This document shows positions 18,844 through 29,420 of a stretch of DNA of 64,000 nt, piece by piece (the stretch's first letter is position 1; each line of letters opens with the position of its first letter). The notes under the pieces were generated by a model. The model was not told the DNA's origin and ran no database searches. It was given only the letters and a program-made list of their open reading frames with translations. Location of the stretch: contig CAWGAT010000029.1 in assembly GCA_963820555.1 (NCBI GenBank), positions 59,718-123,717 of the forward strand. The letters are read 5' to 3'. A program made the position numbers and the translations under genes. Source of the DNA: Candidatus Bathyarchaeota archaeon (lineage in GTDB: Archaea; Thermoproteota; Bathyarchaeia; TCS64).

Positions 18844-20638
18844 ATGATTCTCCTACCGGAAGAGGACAGGAAGACACTGAGGAAGATGGAGGGCGAAGTC
18901 TCCAAGGAGACCATGCAGGGGAACTTCGACGAGCTGATGCAGTACCCGCCCCTCCACTCGGGGAGCCCCGAGGAGGAGCAGGCCATACAGGTGCTTAGGA
19001 GGAAACTGGAGGAGTACGGGCTCGAGCCGAAGGTTCTCCGCTACGAGGCGTATATCACGGACCCGAAGACTGCGCCGGCTCACCGTCACGGCGCCCCAGA
19101 TCATGGAAGTACAGACCACCCCCTACAGGCAGGCTGGTTCCACGTCGCCCGAGGGCTTTGAGGCCGAGGTCATCTACGTTCCCCCTGACATGATCGGGTA
19201 CCAGGAGTGCCGGGGCAAGATCGTGCTCTGCGAGCAGAAGACTAGCGGGGACTGGATGGGGCTCCAGGGAAAGCTGCTGCTCCAGCTGCAGGAGATGGGC
19301 GTCGCGGGCCTCATTGTCATCGAGCAGGACGACTTCATGCCCACCGTCTGCCACCAGAGGGCGGACTTCAGCGTCTCGGGGAACCCGACGCCCGACAACT
19401 TCCACCTCATACCCAAAATACCCGCCATACTCCACATCAGCAACAGGGACGGGGCGAAGCTCCGTAAGATGGCACAGTCCGGTGGGATGAGAGCCCATAT
19501 AATCAGCTTCGCCGAGACCCGGTGGAAGAGGCTCCCCCTCCTAGTGACGGAGATCAAGGGGAGGAAGGAGCCGGAGAAGTTCGTACTCGTCAACGGTCAC
19601 GTCGACACGCCACCGTACTGCCTCGGCGCCACCGACAACATAAGCGGCGACACCGCCATCCTCGAGGTCGCCCGCGTACTCAACAAGCACAAGGAGAAGC
19701 TGCGCAGGAGCGTCCGCATAGCCTACTGGACGGGACACGAGATCGGGAAGTACGCCGGCTCCACGTGGTACAACGATGCATTCTGGCACGACCTCCGCTA
19801 CAACTGTGTGGCGAGCTATAACATCGACTCCCCCGGCGTCCAAGGGGCGACGACTGTACGCGAGGCGCCGTACAGCGAGGTCCTCGACGCGGTGCTGGAG
19901 AGCGTTAAGGATGCCACGGGGATAGTTGTGGAGCACTACCGGTGGCCCACGAGGGCGGGGGACGGCAGCTTCTGGGGGACAGGGCTCCCACACGTCAGCG
20001 TCACGACGAGCCGCCCCAAGGAGACCTACGACCCACACGTCAACTACTCGGGCGGCGGCTGGTGGTGGCACACTCCTTACGAGACCCACGATAAGATGGA
20101 CATCGACATACTCGTCACCGATGTCAAGATCGAGCTCAACCTCATCTGGCGCCTCGCCAACTGCCCCGTCATCCCCTTCAACTACACACAGTACGCCGAG
20201 AGGATGATCAAGATCCTCGAGGACATGCAGGGGAAGTCGGAGAAGATCAGCGGATTCTACAACCTCTACCACCTCATCGACGAGGCGAAGGAGCTGAGGA
20301 CGCTGGCGGAGAAGCTGGAGGCGACGGCGAAGAAGGTTTCGAAGGAGGGGGACCCGGCGAAGGTCGCCGAGCTGAACGACTGCCTCATGTGGGTGGGACG
20401 CAACGTCAACCCCGTCTCTCACAGCGACGCCGACATAGCGAACCAAGTGACCATGGAGACCTTCGGGGCCCAGCCATTCCCCCGAATAAGCGAGATCACG
20501 GAGCTCGCCTCCATGACCCTCCACCAGTCGCCGGAGTTCAAGTTCCTCTACACGAAGCTCGTGAGGGAGAGGAACCTCGTGGAGGACGGCTTCTACCAGG
20601 CGAACGAGCTCATCAAGGCGACGCTGGGAAAGCTTTAG
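18844..20638 (+). CDS. M28 family metallopeptidase with PA domain (one apparent frameshift near 19075)
   Basis: VNGHVDT, GATDNISG, WTGHEIG, NIDSPG, HTPYET motifs. Confidence 0.85.
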
Positions 20639-20652
20639 AACCGGTGTCGCCG

Positions 20653-21573
20653 ATGCCTGGGTCCCCTCCCCCCTTCCGAGTCGGGCTAATGGTCACGGAG
20701 CAGTGCGACGTAGAGTGCGGGCACTGCTGGTTCGGCTGCGCTCCGGGCAGGGGCGCGACAATGTCCCGATACGACGCGGAGAACTACATAGACAAGGCCG
20801 CGCAGGTCCCCTCAATCGAGTGGGTGAGCCTCACGGGGGGCGAGCCTATGTTACACTCGAGCCTTATCGAGGGTCTCGTCGCCTACGCCTCGGGGAGGGG
20901 CCTACGGACGGAGCTAGTCACAAATTGCTCATGGGCGAGTTTCGTCGGAGAGGGCCACGGGCACGCTAAGGCGGCTGAGTGACGCCGGTCTGGATGTCTT
21001 GAACATGAGCGCCGACGACTTCCACCAGGCCGTGATCCCCTTCGAGAGGGTACGTAACTGCTACGAGGCCGCGAAGCGGCTGGGGATCAAGATGGTTGTT
21101 ATGACAGCCCTGAAGAGGTCGAGCCGGATCGATCTGGCTGAGGTCTCACGGCTGCTCGGGGAGGAGGTGGCGCGGCCTAGCGGCTCTGATCCCCCTCAGG
21201 GCTCGGTTATCGGTTTGGAGTCCGGATTCATCCCCGTGGGGAGAGGGGCGAACATCCCCTCAAGTGAGTGGCGCCTCGACGACTCACCCCTCATGGGTGG
21301 CTGCGAGGACGTCCTCAGGGACATCGGGGTTAGGCCGGCGGCGAGGTGATGCCCTGCTGCTCAGCCTCCGCCACCCTTCCCGGCTTTGGTATAGGAAACC
21401 TCTCCGACTTGGACCTGGAAGACCTGCTCGAGGAGGCGTGGCGGAGCGAGGTCTTCCAAGTTCTGAGGGATAAAGGACCCATGGGTCTCACGGAAACACA
21501 CCCGAGCGGCGTCTATGTGAACAAGTGCCACCTTTGCAGCGAGGCACTGAAGCCGATCCTCACATCAATGTAA
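20653..21573 (+). CDS. Radical SAM protein with C-terminal SPASM/twitch-like Cys domain (two apparent frameshifts)
   Basis: CDVECGHC CxxxCxxC, SLTGGEP, VTNCSW; then MSADDFH; then MPCCS...NKCHLC across three frames. Confidence 0.75.
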
Positions 21574-21584
21574 TAGGATCTGTT

Positions 21585-21758
21585 TCAGTGGGTCCTAGTC
21601 TTCATTAGCCCATCGATAGCCTCGTTGAAGTGCGCGGTTGCGCACAGCTCCTCGATGTCGTAGTTCCAAGTGGAGTTTTTAGCGATATGCGTCCTCAGAA
21701 TTGTGTAATATTGCTTGTTTTCTTGGTTGTTAAAAGCCTGGGTAGCTCTTTGCCCCAT
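21585..21758 (-). CDS. Small hypothetical protein, 57 aa (not in the ORF track)
   Basis: MGQRATQAFNNQENKQYYTILRTHIAKNSTWNYDIEELCATAHFNEAIDGLMKTRTH* fills an otherwise empty gap. Confidence 0.3.
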   Translation of the reverse strand: MGQRATQAFNNQENKQYYTILRTHIAKNSTWNYDIEELCATAHFNEAIDGLMKTRTH

Positions 21759-21809
21759 GTTTCTACTTTTGGAACTCAGATATGTATACCTAACCGAATT
21801 GAGGGGTCG

Positions 21810-22649
21810 TTAACCAGCGTTCAGCTCCCTTAGGAACCCGACCTTGCCTAGGTAGGTGCCGTCTAGGAGGTAGACCTCGAAGTCGTCGGTTTTTATGGCG
21901 TTTCTCCTGAGCATCGGGCCGAGGAGGCTCTGGGGGGCCTCGCCGTTTACGGGTAGGCCGCCGAGGAGGTCGTTGAAGGTGGGCATTAGGATCATCTCGG
22001 GGCAGCCCAGCTCCGCCTTGTAGTGTTCGTTGAAGGCGGCGACGGGGTCCCCTTCGTACTTCACCGCGTCCTGCTCGAGGAACGCCTTTGCCAGCCTCCC
22101 CGGCTCTGCGACGCCCTTGACCCACGCCCGCTGCGTCATCCTGATGCCGAGCGGGGTGCGCAGCAGTACAGTGGGGTGGTTGTGTCCCGCGACGAGGAGG
22201 TCGGCCTCGAGGGCCTTGGGCTTCGGCCAGGCGTGGCCGTGGAATATGGCTATCTTGTAATCGTCGCCCAAGATTATGCCCTTGCTGCTGTGTATCTCGA
22301 CGTCCTTCGTAGCTAGGTCTTGAATGTTCCCGTCGTGGTTTCCCCTCGTCACGTCGATGCGGGGGACCTCCGTGAGTAGGACCTCGAAGAGGGTGGGCAG
22401 CTCTCTCTTCTCCTGGAAGCTGGTCACCGGTACGCCGTGCTTGACGTCCCCGGCGATAACGAGCCTGTCGGGTTTATACTCCTTGCACAACGCCAAAAGT
22501 TCACCCTGTATCCTCTCCGTCTGGTAGGGGATGTTGACGCCCGCCTTACTGAGCTCGTACTCGAGCCCGATATGGAGGTCGGCGACTATGAGTATCCTCT
22601 CGCCGATGTCTGCCAGCAGCGCGGGCCAGGGCGTGAGGAGGCGTATCAA
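21810..22649 (-). CDS. Metallophosphoesterase (ICC-like, COG1407 type)
   Basis: ADLHIG, AGDVKH, RGNHDG, FHGH, GHNHP, MPTFN calcineurin-like motifs. Confidence 0.85.
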   Translation of the reverse strand: MIRLLTPWPALLADIGERILIVADLHIGLEYELSKAGVNIPYQTERIQGELLALCKEYKPDRLVIAGDVKHGVPVTSFQEKRELPTLFEVLLTEVPRIDVTRGNHDGNIQDLATKDVEIHSSKGIILGDDYKIAIFHGHAWPKPKALEADLLVAGHNHPTVLLRTPLGIRMTQRAWVKGVAEPGRLAKAFLEQDAVKYEGDPVAAFNEHYKAELGCPEMILMPTFNDLLGGLPVNGEAPQSLLGPMLRRNAIKTDDFEVYLLDGTYLGKVGFLRELNAG

Positions 22650-22734
22650 GGCTCCTTGAAACTCCCTTCTCCGCCGGATTTAAACCGGTTCCCCTCCGCA
22701 ACGGTCAAAAAAGGAGGCGCGTAGTCTACGGTGA

Positions 22735-23160
22735 ATGCCCTTGGTGACCGAGGAACGGCTCATACTGGAGCGCGTGCTGGATGAGGTGCGCACCGAGAAG
22801 CAGCTGAGCCGCTCGAACTGGGAGAGGCTGCGGGGGACCTTCGGCTACCGCTTTGACAGGGCGTGGAGGCTCGTCCAGGAGAATCGGGTGAAGAGGTACA
22901 CGTTCCACCCCTCGGGGAGGGTCGTGTGGGTCGTTGTGGGGCAGGGCGGCGAGTACCAGATCTATCCCAACGCGGGGTACTGCGGATGCGACGACTTCTA
23001 CTTCCGCGTCGTAGATGGAGAGGCTGGTCTCTGCTACCACCTCCTCGGCCAGAGGCTCGCTGAGGCCTTGGGGAGCTATGATCTCGTGGAGGAGGAGGAT
23101 GAGGCGTATCGCCTCCTCACTGGGGAGTGGCGGGCGCAGATACGCTCCGAGGAAGACTAA
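22735..23160 (+). CDS. SWIM zinc-finger protein
   Basis: YCGCDDF...CYH CxC-x(n)-CxH SWIM signature. Confidence 0.75.
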   Translation: MPLVTEERLILERVLDEVRTEKQLSRSNWERLRGTFGYRFDRAWRLVQENRVKRYTFHPSGRVVWVVVGQGGEYQIYPNAGYCGCDDFYFRVVDGEAGLCYHLLGQRLAEALGSYDLVEEEDEAYRLLTGEWRAQIRSEED

Positions 23161-23194
23161 GCCTAAATACTCTTACCAATCACTCTTAGGCGAT

Positions 23195-23305
23195 ATGGAC
23201 ATCAGTACATTCTACACGTTGCTGTACGACCTGTCGTGGATACTGGCCTTAGCGGCGGCTGGTCTGGGCTTCGTCTACGTCTTCCTCAAGCCCGAGGAAA
23301 AGTGA
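23195..23305 (+). CDS. Small single-pass membrane protein, 36 aa
   Basis: MDISTFYTLLYDLSWILALAAAGLGFVYVFLKPEEK*; one hydrophobic helix, fits the gap between the SWIM and RPA genes. Confidence 0.5.
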   Translation: MDISTFYTLLYDLSWILALAAAGLGFVYVFLKPEEK

Positions 23306-23350
23306 GCGCACTTTTATTAGCGCCTACTCGAATGGTAGGGCGTTACAGAT

Positions 23351-24871
23351 ATGTCCGCCACTGAGGATGTTATAAAGCGAATCCTTGCTGTCAAGCCGAA
23401 TCTAACGAGAGAGGCAGTCGAGCGCCTCATCCAGGAGGAGAAGGCGAAGGCCGCCGGCTTACTCACGGACGAGGCTGCGGCCCACTTGGTGGCTTCCAAT
23501 CTTGGCATGGACGGGGCGGGCGAGCGGATAGAGGCCAAGCTCAAGATAGGTGCGCTCACCTCAGGGCTCAACGACGTGAGCCTCTCGGGCAGGGTGCTTC
23601 ACATCTTCCCCCCGAGGACGTTCCAGCGGGCCGATGGGCGCCAAGGTAAGGTCCTCAGGATGCTGATAGGGGACGCTACGGGCATCGTCGCTGTCGTTTT
23701 CTGGGACGATAAGGCCGACCACATAGTGGCGAGCAAGGTGACCCGCGGGAAGATCATAAGGGTCCTCCACGGGTACAGTCGGGAGAGGCAGGGCACAGGC
23801 GAGGTCGAGGTCAACGTCGGGAACCGGGGTAGCGTCTACATGGAGCCCCTTGACGTCGTCGACTCCGAGTTCCCCCAGATGGACTCGTTCTTCAAGACAC
23901 CGGGGCAGATCAGCGCGACTGGTGCGGTCAACGTTGAGGGCGTCATCATGGGCAGGTCACCGCCCTCGACCTTTACACGGAGGGACGGCACTGAGGGGAA
24001 GGTCGCCCGCCTCACCCTAGAGGAGGGGGGCAGACAGATCACAGCGGTTCTATGGGACGAGAAGGTTGACGAGGTTGGCAAGCTTGGTGACGGTACGAGG
24101 GTCAGGATCATAGGCGCTAACTCCAAGGTCCGCCAGGGGGGCGGCTTCGAGGTTCACCTCAACAGGAGCAGCGAGGTCGAGGTGCTGGAGGAGGGTGTCC
24201 TCCCCCGTGAGCCCCTTAGCCAGTGGTCGAAGATTGGTGAACTCAGAGACGGGATGCGTAGCGTAAGCGTCGCCGGGAGGGTCACGAGCGTTGGCGAGCC
24301 CCGCGAGTTCATCCGAAAGGACGGGACGAAGGGGCGAGTAGCCTCCGTCGTCATTGAGGACGAGACGGGTGTCATAAGGCTCAGCCTCTGGGACGACGAC
24401 GTAAACGCGCTCAGCGACATGCCCGTGGGCACGGTCGTCGCCGTCGAGAACGGCTACACACGCGCCGGATACGGCAACTCGACAGACCTCAACGTCGGTC
24501 GTCTCGGTACCATGAAGATCAACCCCGTCGACGTCCACGTAGAGACCATCGACGCTGCTGACCGCGTCACCCAGATCAAGGACCTCCAGGAGGGGCAGAA
24601 GAACATCACTGTCGAGGGGCAGCTACTCGACGACCCGATAAGCCGCGAGGTAAACACGATGAGGGGCCCAACGAATGTGGTTAGCTTCCGAGTCGACGAC
24701 GGCACCGGGGAGGCCAGGATCAGCCTCTGGAGAGAACATGGCAAGGCCGTGGAGGGTCTAACAGCCGGCGCTCGCATCAGGCTGGAAAATTGCAACATCC
24801 GCGAGCCATTTGACGGGCTCATGCAGGTGACTAGCACCCAGTTCACGAGGATCACGGTCCTGAAGAGGTAA
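23351..24871 (+). CDS. rpa: Replication protein A / multi-OB-fold ssDNA-binding protein
   Basis: Four OB-fold repeats (D.TG...V.LW motifs) after a helical N-domain (GLLTDEAAAHLVA). Confidence 0.85.
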   Translation: MSATEDVIKRILAVKPNLTREAVERLIQEEKAKAAGLLTDEAAAHLVASNLGMDGAGERIEAKLKIGALTSGLNDVSLSGRVLHIFPPRTFQRADGRQGKVLRMLIGDATGIVAVVFWDDKADHIVASKVTRGKIIRVLHGYSRERQGTGEVEVNVGNRGSVYMEPLDVVDSEFPQMDSFFKTPGQISATGAVNVEGVIMGRSPPSTFTRRDGTEGKVARLTLEEGGRQITAVLWDEKVDEVGKLGDGTRVRIIGANSKVRQGGGFEVHLNRSSEVEVLEEGVLPREPLSQWSKIGELRDGMRSVSVAGRVTSVGEPREFIRKDGTKGRVASVVIEDETGVIRLSLWDDDVNALSDMPVGTVVAVENGYTRAGYGNSTDLNVGRLGTMKINPVDVHVETIDAADRVTQIKDLQEGQKNITVEGQLLDDPISREVNTMRGPTNVVSFRVDDGTGEARISLWREHGKAVEGLTAGARIRLENCNIREPFDGLMQVTSTQFTRITVLKR

Positions 24872-24965
24872 TAATAGGGGAACCCGAAATCAGCCAATAT
24901 TGTAATGGAAACCCATTACGTTCTCACGATAACATGTATATTGAGCTTCAGAACAGAGTAAGAGG

Positions 24966-25190
24966 ATGGACCTAATAGGCTCAGTTGAGGTCATCATAGT
25001 ATTCAGCTTGATCATCGTTCTGCCTCTAATCTATATTCGAATCAGAGGTAACAGTGATAGTAGCCGCCAATATCAGGAGCGGCCGAGTCAGCGCTGGAAG
25101 GACACCGTCTCTTATCGGGAAGGGGAAGAGTATCTCAAAGTTATGCGTCATGATAAGGAACCGGAGATAGACGAAAAGAAAAAAGAATGA
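24966..25190 (+). CDS. Small membrane-anchored hypothetical protein, 74 aa
   Basis: N-terminal hydrophobic helix followed by a charged tail; GAGG upstream of the ATG. Confidence 0.5.
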   Translation: MDLIGSVEVIIVFSLIIVLPLIYIRIRGNSDSSRQYQERPSQRWKDTVSYREGEEYLKVMRHDKEPEIDEKKKE

Positions 25191-25604
25191 TAGAATATTT
25201 GTGTGCGTAGAGTGTGTACATGGAAAACATTTTTCTTTATCAGTTTTGACATGTGCTAGCCAGATTACTTCTAGGACTTCTCCGCGGCGCTGGCGCGCCG
25301 AGCCCATTTAATAACAAGTGTCACGGCAGGCGGGAGATCATTAAAATTAAGGCTTTCGGATGACCGCGACAAAATAGCTCGAAGAATACGTAGATTCATG
25401 AGTTAAAGCGGGATTTTTTTTCCAAAACTCACAATACTTCTCATATCAAATAAGCCGTTTATTCGTTGCCTCATATTATATTACCCGCATCTGTAGCTGG
25501 CTAATTATATCTCGCCATGGGACATATGGAAAAATCATGGGTTTTGCATCAGTGGCTGGGTATCGCGTAATATCTATTAACCGACCAACGGGGGGTGACG
25601 CTAA

Positions 25605-25632
25605 GCTGGGTCTACACCTACGTTGACCCAGC
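25605..25632. terminator. Hairpin just after the aminotransferase stop codon
   Basis: GCTGGGTC (25605-25612) pairs with GACCCAGC (25625-25632). Confidence 0.35.
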
Positions 25633-25634
25633 GG

Positions 25635-26972
25635 CTACTTCCTAGCTTTCTCCACTGTACCGATGCTCTCGTCGAGGACGTCGAGACTCTTATCCACGAG
25701 GTCCTGCGTGATGATGAGCGGCGGCATTAAGCGTATAACGCTCTTGCCACAGTTGACAAGAGCGATCCCCTTCCTAAAACACTCCATCATCACATCCTCA
25801 GTCTCCTGAGCTGCGGGAACCTTACTCCTCTTATCCTTCACTAGCTCGAGCCCACACATGAGACCAAGGCCGCGGACGTCGCCGACCATCGGGTGGCTCT
25901 CCTTCATCTCGTTGAGCCTCTTCATTATATGAGCACCTTGCTTCTGGCCGTTCTCAAGCATCTTCTCCTCCTTCATCGTCTTTATGACGGCGGATGCAGC
26001 CGCGCAAGCGACGGGATTGCCACCGAATGTGGAAGCGTGGCTCCCCGGCGTCCAATCCTGGAGGTCCGCGCGGCTAGCCATGACGCCGAGCGGGAGGCCC
26101 GCGGCGATGCCCTTCGCAATGGTGACGATGTCCGGGACAACGTCAAAGTGCTCTATGGCGAACCATTTGCCGGTTCTACCCATCCCGCTTTGGACCTCGT
26201 CCACGGCGAGGAGGATGCCGTACTTGTCTAGGAGCTTCTTGAGTTTCTTGAAGTAGCCCTGGGGCGGCACGACGTATCCGCCCTCCCCCTGAACGGCTTC
26301 GGCGATGAGCATCGCCACCTCATCCGGGGGCACGAACTTGTTGAAGAGGTACTCCTCAATGTAGTCGACGCAGTAGTGGTCGCAGCTCGGGCACTCGAGG
26401 TTGAATGGGCAGCGGTAGCAGTAGGGGTAGAATATGTGCTCGACGCCGGGCACGAGAGGCGCGAAGTATCGGCGCTGCGCCGGCTTCGACGCGGTTAGAC
26501 TCACTGCCCCCATCGTCCTGCCGTGGAAGCTGCTGATGTAGGCGAGGATGTACTGGCGCTTCGAGTGCCAGCGGGCGAGCTTCATCGCTGCCTCGTTTGC
26601 CTCCGCGCCGCTGTTACCGTAGAAGAACTTCTTTTTATGCGTTCCTGGCACGATCTCGTGGAGCTGCTCTCCAAGGTCGATGTAGTTTTCGTAGAAGAAG
26701 TCGGTGTAGCTGTAGCTGAGGAACTTGTCCACTTGCTCGTGGATGGCTTTGAGAACCTTTGGGTTGCTGTGGCCGACGTTCGTTACTGCGAGGCCGGAAT
26801 TCATGTCTATGAACTCGTTTCCGTCTACGTCGGTTACTATGCAGCCCTTCGCCTCCTTAACGACTAGGGGGTAAGCCCTGCCGAAGGAAGGAGAGATGTA
26901 CCTCTCGTCCCGGGCGACTATCTTCTTCGCCTTGGGGCCGGGAGGCGTGACGATTATCTTCGGGTAACTCAA
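25635..26972 (-). CDS. Class III PLP aminotransferase (acetylornithine/4-aminobutyrate AT family)
   Basis: NSGAEANEAA, SFHGRT, EAVQGEGGY, DEVQSGMGRTG, AKGIAAG, HASTFGGNP. Confidence 0.92.
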   Translation of the reverse strand: MSYPKIIVTPPGPKAKKIVARDERYISPSFGRAYPLVVKEAKGCIVTDVDGNEFIDMNSGLAVTNVGHSNPKVLKAIHEQVDKFLSYSYTDFFYENYIDLGEQLHEIVPGTHKKKFFYGNSGAEANEAAMKLARWHSKRQYILAYISSFHGRTMGAVSLTASKPAQRRYFAPLVPGVEHIFYPYCYRCPFNLECPSCDHYCVDYIEEYLFNKFVPPDEVAMLIAEAVQGEGGYVVPPQGYFKKLKKLLDKYGILLAVDEVQSGMGRTGKWFAIEHFDVVPDIVTIAKGIAAGLPLGVMASRADLQDWTPGSHASTFGGNPVACAAASAVIKTMKEEKMLENGQKQGAHIMKRLNEMKESHPMVGDVRGLGLMCGLELVKDKRSKVPAAQETEDVMMECFRKGIALVNCGKSVIRLMPPLIITQDLVDKSLDVLDESIGTVEKARK

Positions 26973-27035
26973 ACCTCTTCACCCTCTGCGAGGTCTAGTC
27001 TGTCCCACCTAGGATAAAAGGAGTGAAGGTTTACC

Positions 27036-27317
27036 CTACTTGGGAGTAATTGCTATCTCTATAGTCGATACGTTTCCCTCGGTGCTCGCCCGAGCGTCGG
27101 TGCCTATGTTAATGGACTCAATATGTGCGTCGCGTACGAATACTCTGCGAAGCATTTCCGCGGTGTCGACGGCGTTGGCTATGTTTCTCCCTCTCGCCCT
27201 CAGCACCACGCCCGGGACACCCTCGTTGAACAAGGTGAGGCAGGCAACAACATAGTTCATTGTCGGCTTTGCTCCGACTATGACGTAGTTGCCCCGCTCC
27301 GGTGGGTCACCGATCAA
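27036..27317 (-). CDS. albA: Chromatin protein Alba
   Basis: VGAKPTMNYV, VVLRARGRNIANAVDTAE, VSTIEI motifs. Confidence 0.88.
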   Translation of the reverse strand: MIGDPPERGNYVIVGAKPTMNYVVACLTLFNEGVPGVVLRARGRNIANAVDTAEMLRRVFVRDAHIESINIGTDARASTEGNVSTIEIAITPK

Positions 27318-27359
27318 GGAGATATCCGCGTAGGGACGCGGGCGTGAATTTAAATGTAG

Positions 27360-29057
27360 TCAGAGGAGTAGTGCGGCAGCGGCAGCGGCCACGAAGCTGA
27401 GGGGGAGGACCGTGGCGGCCGTCCTGATGAAGACCCGGAAGCTCGTTTTAACCACGTTCCTGAGGACTTCAATGCCCTTCACCCCGATGATGGGCACGTC
27501 GTCTACGGTGGCCCTCGCGAATGAGACCTCAGCCGGGGACAGCTCCGTCCTCTTCAAAGCTTCCTCGACATATTGGAGCACCCTCCCGTGCTCCATCGCC
27601 TCGCCGGCGGGGTGGTACCCCCTATCCGTGGCGCCGATGGCGTTCACTATATGTGTGTCTGAGGACATCACCTCGGCCTCCACGAAGCCTAGCGATGACA
27701 CGTGACCCAGAACCTCCTCTCTGAACCCCTGAATGATGTTGTTGCTGTCGATTACAATGTAGGCGTTCCTCCCCGCCTGAGTCTCTATAACGAGTGCTCC
27801 GATCCCGCAGGGACCCATCCCCTCGTCGGGACCCCACTCCGACGGCTTAATGCGGGAGATGCCCGCCTTAAATGGCCCGACTCTTACTTTTTGGGCCTTG
27901 CTCATGGCCTCCTCGGCTGCGATGACTAGATTTACTTCATCGGTCTCGCTTAAGAAGTCATCATCGTCGAGGCAGTTATGTGCATCTACAATAACGGCCG
28001 TCAATCCCTGTTTCGAGGATGCCTCCCTGACCCGGTCTTTAACCATGTCTGGGATGTCGTCGTGGCTCTTCGGGCTTAGGGTTAAGGTGAGGAGTGCCAA
28101 TGAGCCGAATATTTGACACGATGCCTTGGCCCCGGAGACCTCCGCCCTCACCATTGGTGTGCAGAACCCCGACTTGGTCGAGCTTGAGGACTCATTAAGG
28201 GCTACTATGATCCTCTCCATGTCTCTACTCCTCGCCATGTCCCTCTCGTGGCTTGATATGCCGTGTACGACAAGGGTTTCACAGGGCATCCCATCTGTTA
28301 TGACAGCGCTGAGACAGCTGCTACCGACGTTCCTGAAGGGGCCGGGGTGAATGTAGGGCGCCACGAGGTTGCCTAGACACCGGCCCGAGGAGGAGAAGGA
28401 AAGCTTGTCGACCTCGAGCCTCACCGACTCCGATATCGTTGCGAGCTGATCCTCAAGCGGCTCGTTGTGTTGCTCCGCCCAGGCGTAAACGAAGCCCTTG
28501 AACAGCGGTATTATTCTGATTGGGCCGAAGCTCCTCCTGCTCAACCTGATGAGCAGTATCGCTGGGCCGAGAAGAATTAGGGCGAGAACGATTAAGAGGA
28601 CCGTGGGGGTCACCTGCCAGATCTGTGGTAGGAGGAGGTAGGTCCCCGTCATCATCAAGAGAGGCTGGAGCGCAATCGCCATGACCGTCTTAGCAGGGCT
28701 GCGTGTCGAAAACACTAAGAAGACGAGGGCTCTGATCCCCGCGGATGAGTAGACCGTCAGCAGGATCCCACGTAGGAGCACATCCGACCTTCCTGTGAAG
28801 CCTGATAATATACCCAACACGGTGAGCAGGAAGCCCCCCGCTAGGCACCAAACGAAGGAGACTATGCTTATCCTTCGAGGATTCAGGAGGGGGTCTCCCC
28901 TGTAGAGAGTATCCGTTATGAGGTCGGAGGCGATCACCGGCGCTGCGATTGCTAGTATACCGAATATAAGCCCCTGTAATAACCCCGTCATACCCAACGC
29001 TAGACCGAACGACAGGGCGCCAGTTATTCCCATAATCACGAGGGTGAAGGAGACCAT
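27360..29057 (-). CDS. DUF2070 family membrane protein
   Basis: Multi-TM N-half; IHPGPFRNVGSS, DAHN, DSNN and SDTH motifs in the soluble C-half; the frame stays open about 25 codons upstream. Confidence 0.8.
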   Translation of the reverse strand: MVSFTLVIMGITGALSFGLALGMTGLLQGLIFGILAIAAPVIASDLITDTLYRGDPLLNPRRISIVSFVWCLAGGFLLTVLGILSGFTGRSDVLLRGILLTVYSSAGIRALVFLVFSTRSPAKTVMAIALQPLLMMTGTYLLLPQIWQVTPTVLLIVLALILLGPAILLIRLSRRSFGPIRIIPLFKGFVYAWAEQHNEPLEDQLATISESVRLEVDKLSFSSSGRCLGNLVAPYIHPGPFRNVGSSCLSAVITDGMPCETLVVHGISSHERDMARSRDMERIIVALNESSSSTKSGFCTPMVRAEVSGAKASCQIFGSLALLTLTLSPKSHDDIPDMVKDRVREASSKQGLTAVIVDAHNCLDDDDFLSETDEVNLVIAAEEAMSKAQKVRVGPFKAGISRIKPSEWGPDEGMGPCGIGALVIETQAGRNAYIVIDSNNIIQGFREEVLGHVSSLGFVEAEVMSSDTHIVNAIGATDRGYHPAGEAMEHGRVLQYVEEALKRTELSPAEVSFARATVDDVPIIGVKGIEVLRNVVKTSFRVFIRTAATVLPLSFVAAAAAALLL

Positions 29058-29194
29058 AGTGAGGCGGGAGGGGAAAGTGAAGAGGTATGAGTAGTAATCG
29101 ATTATGTTGCCAATGGCTTCCCTGCTTGACGACAGAGTTGACCCTACCTAGTTGATGGGAGGTATACTCGGTGGGGTTAAAAGGCTTTAACGGG

Positions 29195-29380
29195 TTAACC
29201 GATTAGACCGGCGAAGAACACCCTCGCCACGATGACGACGGCAATTAATACGAAGGCGCCGCCGACGACGAACTCCGGCCTCACCTTCGGGCCATTCGTT
29301 TCGTCTTGGAAGAACCTCATGAGCCCAGCGCTACTCTGCGGCATCCCGGGTGCCTGGTCCTTCTTCTTTTTTCCACTCAT
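29195..29380 (-). CDS. secG: Protein translocase subunit Sec61-beta
   Basis: SSAGLMRFFQDE..GPKVRPE followed by a C-terminal TM helix. Confidence 0.88.
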   Translation of the reverse strand: MSGKKKKDQAPGMPQSSAGLMRFFQDETNGPKVRPEFVVGGAFVLIAVVIVARVFFAGLIG

Positions 29381-29420
29381 TGATGGTCCATCCAGATACA
29401 GGCAGTTCCCCCTAAAAGGG

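Noticed and set aside
19541-20524. 327-aa minus-strand ORF
   Set aside because: Antisense shadow of the M28 peptidase
25191-25634. 445-bp AT-rich intergenic region as a possible RNA gene
   Set aside because: No tRNA, SRP or C/D motifs and no convincing fold apart from the terminal hairpin
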